Shown piece after piece: positions 50,031-58,846 of a DNA stretch of 64,000 nucleotides; the first letter of the stretch is position 1, and each line of letters starts with the position of its first letter. The notes below the pieces were generated by a model that saw only the letters and a program-made list of their open reading frames with translations, was not told where the DNA came from and made no database searches. The translations under genes and the position numbers were made by a program. Origin of the DNA: an uncultured candidatus Porisulfidus sp. (GTDB lineage: Bacteria; Pseudomonadota; Gammaproteobacteria; Poriferisulfidales; Poriferisulfidaceae); contig CBDASZ010000001.1 in assembly GCA_965199755.1 (NCBI GenBank), positions 576,001 to 640,000 of the forward strand, written 5' to 3'.

Positions 50031-51225
50031 AGTTCTTTGATGAATTGAAGCCAGCCTTGTGCTTCGGAGGCGGATTTCTTGCTTTTCACCGCGGCCGTCA
50101 AAGCCTTTACTGCCAGTTTGGTCTTGCCTTGTTCGTAGGCGCAAATGCCTCCCAGCAGATGATAGGGGCCGGGATCCTTGGGCTTGTGGCGCAATCCCAT
50201 GTGGGCGCTTTCCTCGCAGTTCTGCCACCTGGCGTTTTGTGCGTATAGCCGGCCCAGTCGCAGCCAGTCCTTGGGTTTTTTGTCCAGTTCCGCCACGCGG
50301 GTCAGGGGGGGTAGGCGCGGTCAAACTCGCGCGCGGCCACCCACGAGTTACCAAGCAGTTTCCAGTTGCGCACGTTTTTTGTGACCTGATTGCGTTTAAT
50401 GCCGTCTTCGAGAACTTGCGCGGCCAGCCACGGAATATCCCGCAATCGCATCAATTGCGCGAGCAGCACCAGATCCTCATTGCGCTTTAGCAAGCCTTGC
50501 GCGTAGGCCAGGCGCAACACGGACAGTGCCTGTGCTTCCCGATTGCGCTCCATATGCACTTGCGCCAGCTGTTTCCAGAACGGGGCGTTCTTCGGGTATT
50601 GCATGATGGCTTCTTCGAGCAATCCCTGCAAGGCGTTCCAGTCGGTTTGCCTCAGGTAGATGCCGCCCAGGAACTGATATTGTCCCTGCGTCAGTTTGCT
50701 GGTAGCTTCGCGGCCCATGTCGGCGTACCTGCGCGCATTGCGAAGGCTGTTGAGCTCTAGATGCGCGAAGGCGATCATAAAGAAGGCATTGGCAGGCGGG
50801 TTTTTCTCGTCACGCAGCCAGATTTCCAGAGTTTTGATGGCGTCCCGGTAGCGTCCGGTTTGGCTGTACATCTGCGCCAGGTTGTAGCGCACCTGACGTG
50901 CGCGGGCATCCATGATATGGCCGCTCGCCAGCGCCGCTTCCATGGGAGCGATCGCATCCTTGTAGCGCTCCAGCTGCAACAGAATGTCGGCTTTCAGCAA
51001 CAGACCCTGTGCGCGCTCATGTTCCTTGATGCGCGACTTGAGTAGTCGATCGGTCGCGCGCAGGGCTTCTTCCGGCTTGTTGGTGTCGCGCAACTCGTGG
51101 ATTTCCGTGAGTCTGCGGAAGACTTTCTCGGAGACGGTGGCTGCAAGTATGGGGGAACTGACGAGAGCCAGAGCCAGCACAGCGGTGAGCAGGCGAACGC
51201 AGCGCACTTCAGTTCTCCAGCTCAA
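50027..51225 (-). pseudogene. TPR protein of the TonB2-type operon (TtpD-like), split by a frameshift in a C7 run
   Basis: The 307-aa TPR ORF ends ...AYPP* at a C7 tract (50305-50311); one extra C joins it in frame to the 50027-50296 TPR ORF. Confidence 0.8.
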
Positions 51226-51829
51226 ATTTGAGCACGACCCGCACTCCGGGACGTTCCTGAACCGTTCCCTCGATCATCTGCGGCTTGTACTTCCACTTGC
51301 GGATCGCCTTGACCGCAGCGCGACTGAAGACCCCGGACGGCTGTTCCTTGACGATCTGAATGTCCTTGGTGGCACCAGTTTTGGTGATGGTGAACATGAC
51401 TTCCACCCAGCCTTCGGTGCCGCGGCGAGAGGCGCGGCTCGGATAAGTGGGCGTCACCCGCAGGGTCGGGACCGGATCGCGGGTCGCCGTCAGGCCTCCC
51501 ATTCCGCCGGCTTGCTGCAGGTTTAGATCAAATGGCGTGGCGGAAGCAAAACCTATCGCATCCGGGTTGATGCTTTCGTTTTGTATAGACTGGTTTTGCG
51601 GCACATCCGGTCTCTTGCGCGGCTCGGTCTTGCGCGGCATTTCCTTTTTGGTCTTGGTCAGCTTGCGCTCTTCCAGACTCACAAAATCAAACTGAACGGC
51701 ATCCGTCACGCGGTTGATGCCAACCGTGCTCGATAGAATCAGATAATTGATCAGAGTAAACAGCGCGAATGTGGCACCGATCGCAAACACCGAGAGAATG
51801 GGTGCGCGGACCAGAGGATGCTGTTTCAT
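51209..51829 (-). CDS. tonB: energy transducer TonB (short, TonB2 type)
   Basis: N-terminal TM; PTYPSRASRRGTEGWV; AIRKWKYKP. Confidence 0.93.
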   Translation of the reverse strand: MKQHPLVRAPILSVFAIGATFALFTLINYLILSSTVGINRVTDAVQFDFVSLEERKLTKTKKEMPRKTEPRKRPDVPQNQSIQNESINPDAIGFASATPFDLNLQQAGGMGGLTATRDPVPTLRVTPTYPSRASRRGTEGWVEVMFTITKTGATKDIQIVKEQPSGVFSRAAVKAIRKWKYKPQMIEGTVQERPGVRVVLKFELEN

Positions 51830-52233
51830 TTGTCCGGGCTGGCAGCCAAGGCGATTTTCGCGACCCCCGCTTGTCGGACCTGATCCATAACTTTAACCAG
51901 CATTTCATTGCGCGAGTCACGGTCGGCCTGAATGACCACGCCGCCTTGCGGATTTTCTGCCATCAGGCGCAGTACATTGGCGCGCACTGCCAGTGCGTCC
52001 ACTTCACGATGATTGATCCAGATGCGGTCATCTTCGGTGATGCCGATCAGGACGGTGGTCTGGCTTTGCACCACCGCGGTGGATGCTTGCGGGCGATCAA
52101 TCTCAATCCCGGATTCCTTGACAAACGAGGCTGTCACGATGAAGAAGATCAACATGATGAAGACGATGTCAATCAGCGGGGTGATGTCCACTCCCTCATC
52201 TTCCTGGGGCGGGCGGCGGCGGATAATGCGCAT
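51826..52233 (-). CDS. exbD: biopolymer transporter ExbD
   Basis: ITPLIDIVFIMLIFFIVTASF; IQAD. Confidence 0.95.
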   Translation of the reverse strand: MRIIRRRPPQEDEGVDITPLIDIVFIMLIFFIVTASFVKESGIEIDRPQASTAVVQSQTTVLIGITEDDRIWINHREVDALAVRANVLRLMAENPQGGVVIQADRDSRNEMLVKVMDQVRQAGVAKIALAASPDK

Positions 52234-52248
52234 GGCGGGCTCCGTCGA

Positions 52249-52803
52249 TCAGATGTTGTGGTGGGAACGGTGGTGCATGTGCTCAGGCAGCATCAGATGT
52301 TCGCGCAGGGTCAGATTTTCGCGCTTGATGCGATTCTCAAACATGTTTATAAAGTAATAACCGGACAGCGCGATGACCAGTCCCGCCATGGTCGGCAGGG
52401 TGGCGTGCGCAATGCCGGAAGATAGCGCGCGCGCGCTATTGGAGCCGGTGATAGACAACGACTCGAAGACCTCAATCATGCCGGTGATGGTGCCGAGCAG
52501 ACCGAGCAGGGGGCAGATCATGATCAGCCCTTTGATAGCCAGCAGTCCGCTGGTGGCCAAAGTCTGCGCTTCACTGAGCCATTGCCGGCGCAGCCATATC
52601 GCTTCGTCCGGTGTGTAGTCTTCCAACTCCTCCTGCCGGTGCGCATCCTTTTGATAGTGATGCGGCCCGTACAGGAACCACAGTCGGTCAAGAATGAACC
52701 ACCACAGCAAAAACGCCACGCCAAACAGGACGACCAGCACATCGCCGCCAGAGAAGAGCAGGTCTTCTATCTCGCGGTAGAGTTGCAGTACGAAATCCAC
52801 CAT
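52249..52803 (-). CDS. exbB: ExbB proton channel
   Basis: CPLLGLLGTITGMIEVF. Confidence 0.9.
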   Translation of the reverse strand: MVDFVLQLYREIEDLLFSGGDVLVVLFGVAFLLWWFILDRLWFLYGPHHYQKDAHRQEELEDYTPDEAIWLRRQWLSEAQTLATSGLLAIKGLIMICPLLGLLGTITGMIEVFESLSITGSNSARALSSGIAHATLPTMAGLVIALSGYYFINMFENRIKRENLTLREHLMLPEHMHHRSHHNI

Positions 52804-52804
52804 A

Positions 52805-54139
52805 TCAATTCTGCGCCCGCGTCAGCAGTCCCAGACTTTGCTCTTCCACAATCTGGCGAATGCGTATGCTGTAAGAGCGTGCCGCAGTGAGCAGCAACAG
52901 GATCGGAATCGCAGCACTCAGGCCCAGTGCAGTGGTGATCAGTGCCTGACTGATGCCGCCGGCCATCATGCGCGGCTCACCGGTGCCGAACAGGGTAATG
53001 TCCTGAAAGGTCTGAATCATGCCGGTGACGGTGCCAAGCAGACCCAGCAAGGGCGCGATGGCGGCCAATACCCGCAACATGCCCAGACCCCAGTTGAGCT
53101 TCGGCAATTCTTCGCTGATTTCCTTATGCACCCGATCTTCGCGTGCCTCTGGATCCATATCGTGGCTACTACAGTCGTGGTAGACCCGCGCGATGCGGCC
53201 CAGAGCGTTGTTGTCGTGCGGCTGGCTCAAGTCCTTCTGCTGCTTGTGGATGCGGATAAGGTGCATCTTCAGGGCAATGCCGCGGAACAGCGCAAACAGC
53301 ACACCAAAGATACCGATCACGATGATCAGATAGCCGATGATGCCCCCTTGATGAATGCGCTCCATCACGGTCGGTGCGTCAGTCAGCAGTGACAGGATCG
53401 CGCCGCGTGAGGGGTCGATGATGGTCATCGGATAGTTTTCTTCAGAAGTCTCCATATCAGCGACGATGTTGCGGAAGCGACCGCGCGGCTGGCGCGGCAA
53501 AACACGCAATTCGCGGGCATCTTCCGCCGGGCTGAGAAATTCATCGCCGGCACTCGCGGTGAAAGGTCCGGTGCGCACCACCATGGTGTCCATGAAGGTG
53601 CCGTCCGGGCGCGTGACCTTGGCCGGGAACCGCACCGTCTTGCCTTGCTCATTCGCTTCGTTGAGCGCGTGATACAGCAAGGCTTGCATGTCGGCCAGTG
53701 AGAAGGAGTGATCGTCATCACTTAAAGGTTCCATTTCCGCAATGCGGTCTGGCAACTGTGCGCTGATAATGGATTGCGAGAACTGCTCACGCAATTCCAC
53801 CGCCCAGAGTTTGGCGGTCGCGTAGACTTCCTTGTAGTGAGCGGTGAGCTGATCGATTTTCGCGCGCTTGTCCAGCATGCTCTTCTCACCTTTGCGGAAA
53901 GCCTTCTCCATGTCATCGCTGAGTTTTTCTTCCGCCTTGATTTTGCTCTGCACATCCTTGAGCAGGGCCTTGCGTTCATCAGCCATGTTGCGGAAGCGCT
54001 GCAGGCGTTCCTGAATTTCCTGACTTTCGCGAATCTGGTCGCTCCTCATCTGTTGCAGCAGGGTGTCAAGACTGCCGGCATGCGCACTGTACACCAGACT
54101 TGCCGCGGTGATGAAGAGAAAGAGGCGAGCGCGGATCAT
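52805..54139 (-). CDS. TtpC-like long ExbB protein with periplasmic coiled coil
   Basis: Signal peptide, coiled coil, DPSRG, APLLGLLGTVTGMIQTF, GGISQALITT. Confidence 0.88.
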   Translation of the reverse strand: MIRARLFLFITAASLVYSAHAGSLDTLLQQMRSDQIRESQEIQERLQRFRNMADERKALLKDVQSKIKAEEKLSDDMEKAFRKGEKSMLDKRAKIDQLTAHYKEVYATAKLWAVELREQFSQSIISAQLPDRIAEMEPLSDDDHSFSLADMQALLYHALNEANEQGKTVRFPAKVTRPDGTFMDTMVVRTGPFTASAGDEFLSPAEDARELRVLPRQPRGRFRNIVADMETSEENYPMTIIDPSRGAILSLLTDAPTVMERIHQGGIIGYLIIVIGIFGVLFALFRGIALKMHLIRIHKQQKDLSQPHDNNALGRIARVYHDCSSHDMDPEAREDRVHKEISEELPKLNWGLGMLRVLAAIAPLLGLLGTVTGMIQTFQDITLFGTGEPRMMAGGISQALITTALGLSAAIPILLLLTAARSYSIRIRQIVEEQSLGLLTRAQN

Positions 54140-54915
54140 GGCGTGTTCCCCTCAGGTTGCGGCACCGGCAGCGTCAGCAGGTCCGGCGCGGCTTGTTTCT
54201 TGGCCATGCGGATGGCGTTCTGCACATGACGCGCGATGCCTTCCGTCTCATCCCAGCCCGCCGTGTTACGGTTCCAGACGAAGACCCGTTCGCGGTCACC
54301 GGAGATTGAGTAGAGGCCGATGCGCCCGACGCGCAACACGGTTACGGAGCGGGTTTCCCCATCCAGCTCTAGCGTGTCCGAATAACTCTCCAAAGTACGG
54401 CCGTAATCCAGTTCGATCTGAATGGCTTCGTACAGGCTGCGGTATTTCGAGGCCAGCGTGACTTCCGGGTCATCCAGAATATGGCGCAACTGCCCCAGCA
54501 GATCTTTGCGCTTCTGTTGCAGAAACGGCAGGTCCTGCTCGATGAACAGGTTCAGCGAACTGTACATATCTTCCATCAATGGCACGATCTTGCGATCCAG
54601 TCGCCCGGTGGTCTGAATGCGCTCATCCAGTTCGGCAAGCGTGGCGTCTTGCTCGTCACGCAGCGCCTTCAGTTGTTTGTTATAGTTTTGCAGTCCTTCC
54701 AGCTCAAGCAGATGAGCGCGATATTCGGCAAAATGCTTTTGCGCCTCGTCGTCGAGTTTCTCAATTTGCCGCTGGGCTGATGCCTGGCGATCCGTCGAAG
54801 TTTGCGCGACGCGGTTGAGCTCGTGCCAATCGGCAGCTAAAGCGGTGCCGCTAAGCAGACAGATGAGTGAGACAGTGAAGGGCCATCGTCGAGGGGGGGA
54901 GTGAAGGGTACGCAT
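54136..54915 (-). CDS. DUF3450 (TtpB-like) periplasmic protein
   Basis: Coiled coil, DLPF, IELDYGR, LRVGRIGL, PDLLTLP; first gene of a TonB2-type operon. Confidence 0.85.
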   Translation of the reverse strand: MRTLHSPPRRWPFTVSLICLLSGTALAADWHELNRVAQTSTDRQASAQRQIEKLDDEAQKHFAEYRAHLLELEGLQNYNKQLKALRDEQDATLAELDERIQTTGRLDRKIVPLMEDMYSSLNLFIEQDLPFLQQKRKDLLGQLRHILDDPEVTLASKYRSLYEAIQIELDYGRTLESYSDTLELDGETRSVTVLRVGRIGLYSISGDRERVFVWNRNTAGWDETEGIARHVQNAIRMAKKQAAPDLLTLPVPQPEGNTP

Positions 54916-55064
54916 AAGCAGCAAGGCGATGGTTTGAAGGGATATTCAGTGATTATACCCAAAAAATTAATGAACACTGATGACTTTTTAATGTAGCGGG
55001 GACTAAAAGTGTACCCGCTAGCTTTTGGCGAACACACTAGGAGACGGGCATGCCGGGAGATTTA

Positions 55065-57788
55065 TCAGTAGCGATAGATCACGCGGGCACCCCAGCGGCG
55101 ACCTTTGTTGGTGATCGGCTCAAACGTGGCACCGGATCCCTGATATTGCGGTAAGGTCACGAGCGGCAGGTTCGTGCGCGGATCAATCACGCCACATGTG
55201 GAGCTCGGATTGCCCGGACATTGCCCGCCGGGGAAGTTTGGATAGAAGTTGGATACGCCGCCATTGGCGACTTCATCCAGCAGGTTCTTGCCAAATAAGG
55301 ACAGTTGCAAACGTCCGTCTGCCGACGTGTAGGTCAGGCTTGCCTGCAACAGGTCCACTTGTCGCAGTATGCCCTCATTGGTTTCGTTGGCTTCGGCCTT
55401 GTCGCGGTGGCTGAAGTCCAGCCGCGACGTCAGAAGGCCGCCGCCGAAACCAGTCAGTTGTTTGTTGTGTTGCAGTCCCAGACTGAAGGTCAGGGGTACC
55501 ATACGCGGAATGTCCAGCGCGAGGTCTTTATCGTCAATGACGTTGTCCAGATTCAGGTCATACAGGATATTGTCGTATTCGCCGTCCGTGTAGCCGACCG
55601 CGACATTCATTGAGAGGTTTTCTGTCAGCCGCGCCCGTGCATCAAATTCTATGCCCTCGAAGGTCGCATCGGCGGTGTTTAAGATGCGCTGCACGACGAC
55701 AGCGACAGGGTGCTGCCGACTCAGTTCGCGCTGCATGTTGGTTACCTCGCTGCGGAACACGGCCACGTTGGTGGTTAGGCCGCCGTCAAACCAGCTGGCT
55801 TTGACGCCGATCTCGTAAGAGTCCTGACGCTCTTCGTTATGCGCCGACGGATCATTGTCCGGATCAGTGTGGCGGAAGTTGTAGCCGCCGCTGCGGAATC
55901 CCTTGCTCCAGGAAGCATAAACGTTCATGTCGTCGGTCGGCCGATATTGCAGGCCAATCCGGGGTGTCCAGTTGTCCCAACTTTGGGTTTCCGTGAAGCT
56001 GTAGTTGCAACTGCGTGCCCCGTAGTCACACAGCGAGGGCGCGTAGTACAGGCCGCCGACAGTAAATCGTTCCGGGTCGTCACCGGGCGTCGCGCCGTCA
56101 GTGTAGATGTCGTTATTGAAGGCGGCGATGCCGGCTTCTTTTTTCTCGTAGGTGTACCGCGCCCCAAGACTGAGCGTGAAGGCATCGGTGAGGTGCACGT
56201 CGGCGCTCATAAATGCGCCGCGGGTAGTCTGGTCTTGCGTGCCGCCCAAGGTTGCATCAACCCAGCTGTTGCGCTGTTGTGCTATTCCGCCGGAGTGTGT
56301 GAGCAGGCCGTCGAGCGCGGTTAGCTGCGCGATCTGTGCTTGCAAAGACTGCGTCAGCGCGGGTAGCTGTTCTGGTGGCAGGGGCAATTGGGGTAGCAGC
56401 GTCTGTAGGTCAGGGTCCGTCAGCAACGTGAGCCATTCTCTCGTGTTAGTGGGCTTGCCAATCGGGTCTTGCATCTTAGCCATTTTGATGTTATTCAGCG
56501 CGGCGAGTACCGCTCCAAAGGCCATTTCGCCGCCCAGCAGGCCGATGGTTCCGGTTTCGGCCTCGGCCGCGATGGCTTGGTCCACACCGACCACAACACC
56601 GCGCGCGGGTTTGTAGTGAGGATCTTCCTGAATAACGCGCCGCTCATGGTAGTCAAGGTCCTGATCAAACCAGTAAAGACCTGCCGTTATGTCCACGGTA
56701 TCTTCAAAAAACGACCCAAAATATCGGAACTCATTGCTGAATTGCTCCTGATCTATCGCGCCGTAGCCGTGCAGAATGCTGATATCGCTGGAATCAACGT
56801 CTGACAGGGCATCGCTCGTGTATCGTCGCCAACCGAAGATGTTGGTGATGGTGCCGTTGCCCAGCGCCACGTCACGTGTGAACTCGGCAATGGCTTGCGT
56901 CCAGTAGGAATGGCTAAAGCCCTCTTGGTCGACCGCAAAGTCGAAGGAATTTGGCGAATACAGTCCGAGGTTCTGTGCTGTGGGACCGTCTGCATCACTC
57001 TGCCCGCGCTCGAACTGCATATTCAGTTCGGATTCATCCGAGATGTGCCAGGTCAGGGAGGGGCGGACCAAAGTGACGTCATAGCCGCCGAAATCATCAT
57101 TGCCATCGTGCAGATTGGTGTGCCAGCCGTCATCATCCGAGCTGTAGACCGCCAGACGCCCGTTGAGGGTGCCGGGGATGAGGGGGCCGGAGACAGTCAT
57201 TGCCCTGACCATTTCGGGTCCGGCACCGACATCGCCACGCATACTGAACTCGAACTCATCCGTGGGTTTGCGATGGCGCAGCATGACTGCGCCGCCGGTC
57301 ACATTGCGCCCGAACAAAAGCCCCTGTGGTCCGCGCAGGATTTCCACGGCTTCCATATCAAAGAAGTCATTGAGCACACCGGCGGTAATGCCAATGTAGA
57401 CGCCATCGACAAAGACGCCGACGGTCGGGTCAATCGACGGGATTGAACTGTTGATGCCTTGCCCGCGAATCGTGAAGTTGGCAATGCCGCGCACGGTGCC
57501 TACGTCTTCGAGCAGTACATTGGGCGCGACGCCGCTGAGGCTTTTGAGGTCGCGCGCCAGAAGGCTGTCGAGTTTATCGCTTGAAAACAAACTAACGGAT
57601 AGAGGAACATCCTGTGCCGTTTCAGACACACTGCGCTTGCGAGCCGTAATGACGAGTTCCTCACTGTCTTCCGCAGAGGCTTCGTCCTGCGCCGTAGCAA
57701 GAGACATGCCACCGAACAAAAATCCAGATGCAATCAGTGTGATTCCAGCGCTGCGCAGGCACCAAGTAATTCCTCCAGAGTCGCGCAT
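55065..57788 (-). CDS. TonB-dependent outer-membrane receptor
   Basis: Signal peptide, EELVITARKR, IRG, VGVFVDGV, EILRGPQGLLFGRN, KGFRSGG, NLLD, C-terminal Tyr. Confidence 0.95.
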   Translation of the reverse strand: MRDSGGITWCLRSAGITLIASGFLFGGMSLATAQDEASAEDSEELVITARKRSVSETAQDVPLSVSLFSSDKLDSLLARDLKSLSGVAPNVLLEDVGTVRGIANFTIRGQGINSSIPSIDPTVGVFVDGVYIGITAGVLNDFFDMEAVEILRGPQGLLFGRNVTGGAVMLRHRKPTDEFEFSMRGDVGAGPEMVRAMTVSGPLIPGTLNGRLAVYSSDDDGWHTNLHDGNDDFGGYDVTLVRPSLTWHISDESELNMQFERGQSDADGPTAQNLGLYSPNSFDFAVDQEGFSHSYWTQAIAEFTRDVALGNGTITNIFGWRRYTSDALSDVDSSDISILHGYGAIDQEQFSNEFRYFGSFFEDTVDITAGLYWFDQDLDYHERRVIQEDPHYKPARGVVVGVDQAIAAEAETGTIGLLGGEMAFGAVLAALNNIKMAKMQDPIGKPTNTREWLTLLTDPDLQTLLPQLPLPPEQLPALTQSLQAQIAQLTALDGLLTHSGGIAQQRNSWVDATLGGTQDQTTRGAFMSADVHLTDAFTLSLGARYTYEKKEAGIAAFNNDIYTDGATPGDDPERFTVGGLYYAPSLCDYGARSCNYSFTETQSWDNWTPRIGLQYRPTDDMNVYASWSKGFRSGGYNFRHTDPDNDPSAHNEERQDSYEIGVKASWFDGGLTTNVAVFRSEVTNMQRELSRQHPVAVVVQRILNTADATFEGIEFDARARLTENLSMNVAVGYTDGEYDNILYDLNLDNVIDDKDLALDIPRMVPLTFSLGLQHNKQLTGFGGGLLTSRLDFSHRDKAEANETNEGILRQVDLLQASLTYTSADGRLQLSLFGKNLLDEVANGGVSNFYPNFPGGQCPGNPSSTCGVIDPRTNLPLVTLPQYQGSGATFEPITNKGRRWGARVIYRY

Positions 57789-57910
57789 GTCACTCTCCTC
57801 CAGTTCGTAGCGAATGTGGCAGCATTATACGAATTGAGGCGCTGATCGCATCCGGTATGGAGGTCTGTCATATGCTGCCTGTATGAGCAGCATTGATAGT
57901 CCATGGGGAC

Positions 57911-58703
57911 TGAAAAGGCAACATTTGCAAGCAAATATTGCCCATCCTATTGACGGATCATTGAGGTCGCCTGTCTACGTGGGACCTAAAAGGCCCTGCC
58001 GAACAGAGACGAACGCCTCTCCCCGTCCAGCCGCGCCAGGTCCAGGTCTAGGTGAATCTCATCCTCGCTGGTCGCAATGTGTTCGGCACTCCAGTGCACT
58101 CCGATCGCCTGACCATTATCCGGCGGCACCACGTCCGGGGGTTCCCCAAACACCGTGACATACCACTTGTCGCGTACGTCGCGCCGCACCACGGCTTACT
58201 TGGCAGTGCCATGCGCCCAAGGATCATCGCCTCCGCGGCTGACGGGGGCACAGCCGACTTTCGATATCCGCAGCCGGTTGTTCTCGATTTCAACACTCTG
58301 CGGAATCGTGAACGAACACTTGCTTTTTCGATATTTTGGTTTGGGCAATATGCGCTTTCCTGCGGCCGCCTCCCGCACGGCTTCAGAGAAATAACTTAGC
58401 ACATGGCGAATTTCAGCGTTGGGCAGACCTAGGAGCCGTTCATGGCCTTCACTGTGGCGCAGTTTTGTGAACTTCGAGCCGAGATTGTAGAACTGAAAGT
58501 TCGGTTTTTCACCGTGACTTTCCCGATCCGCATTCAGCACATCCAAATGTTCCCCCAAAGCCCAGTTCCAGACATAGTGTCAGCTCCCCCGCGATGTGCG
58601 CAAGTTTCCGGGTCCGGCGCAAGGTGTTGGGTGGAGCCGATAGATGGAGGTACGGATCATGGGGGATAGCATGCTAGAGCGGAATATCATCAGATGATAT
58701 TCC
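57911..58703 (-). mobile_element. decayed non-autonomous IS200/IS605-family (tnpB-only) element
   Basis: tnpB remnant bracketed by palindromes GGAATATCATC-A-GATGATATTCC (58681-58703) and GGCAACATTTGC-AA-GCAAATATTGCC (57917-57942); boundaries approximate. Confidence 0.6.
57986..58660 (-). pseudogene. tnpB: TnpB (IS605 OrfB) pseudogene, RuvC largely deleted
   Basis: MIRTSIYRLHPT, YVWNWAL, LPKPKYRK..SFTIPQ, ISKVG, KWYVTV, AIGVH (degenerate RuvC-I); frameshifts near the 5' end and in-frame TAA at 58196-58198. Confidence 0.8.
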
Positions 58704-58846
58704 AATTTTGCCCATTAGCAGGCCGATTGGTCCGCAAAACACTTCCATTTACAACAGTATTGAGGGCTGCATACAGGCCAAAACTGGTAGGTGGGAAAGG
58801 TGAGTCCGCGCTTTTCGGACAACCTCATTTGAGGCGTGGTGCGTGC

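Noticed and set aside
57986-58660. Functional nuclease-dead TnpB repressor (TldR-like)
   Set aside because: Frameshifts, internal stops and loss of the C-terminal half indicate a pseudogene
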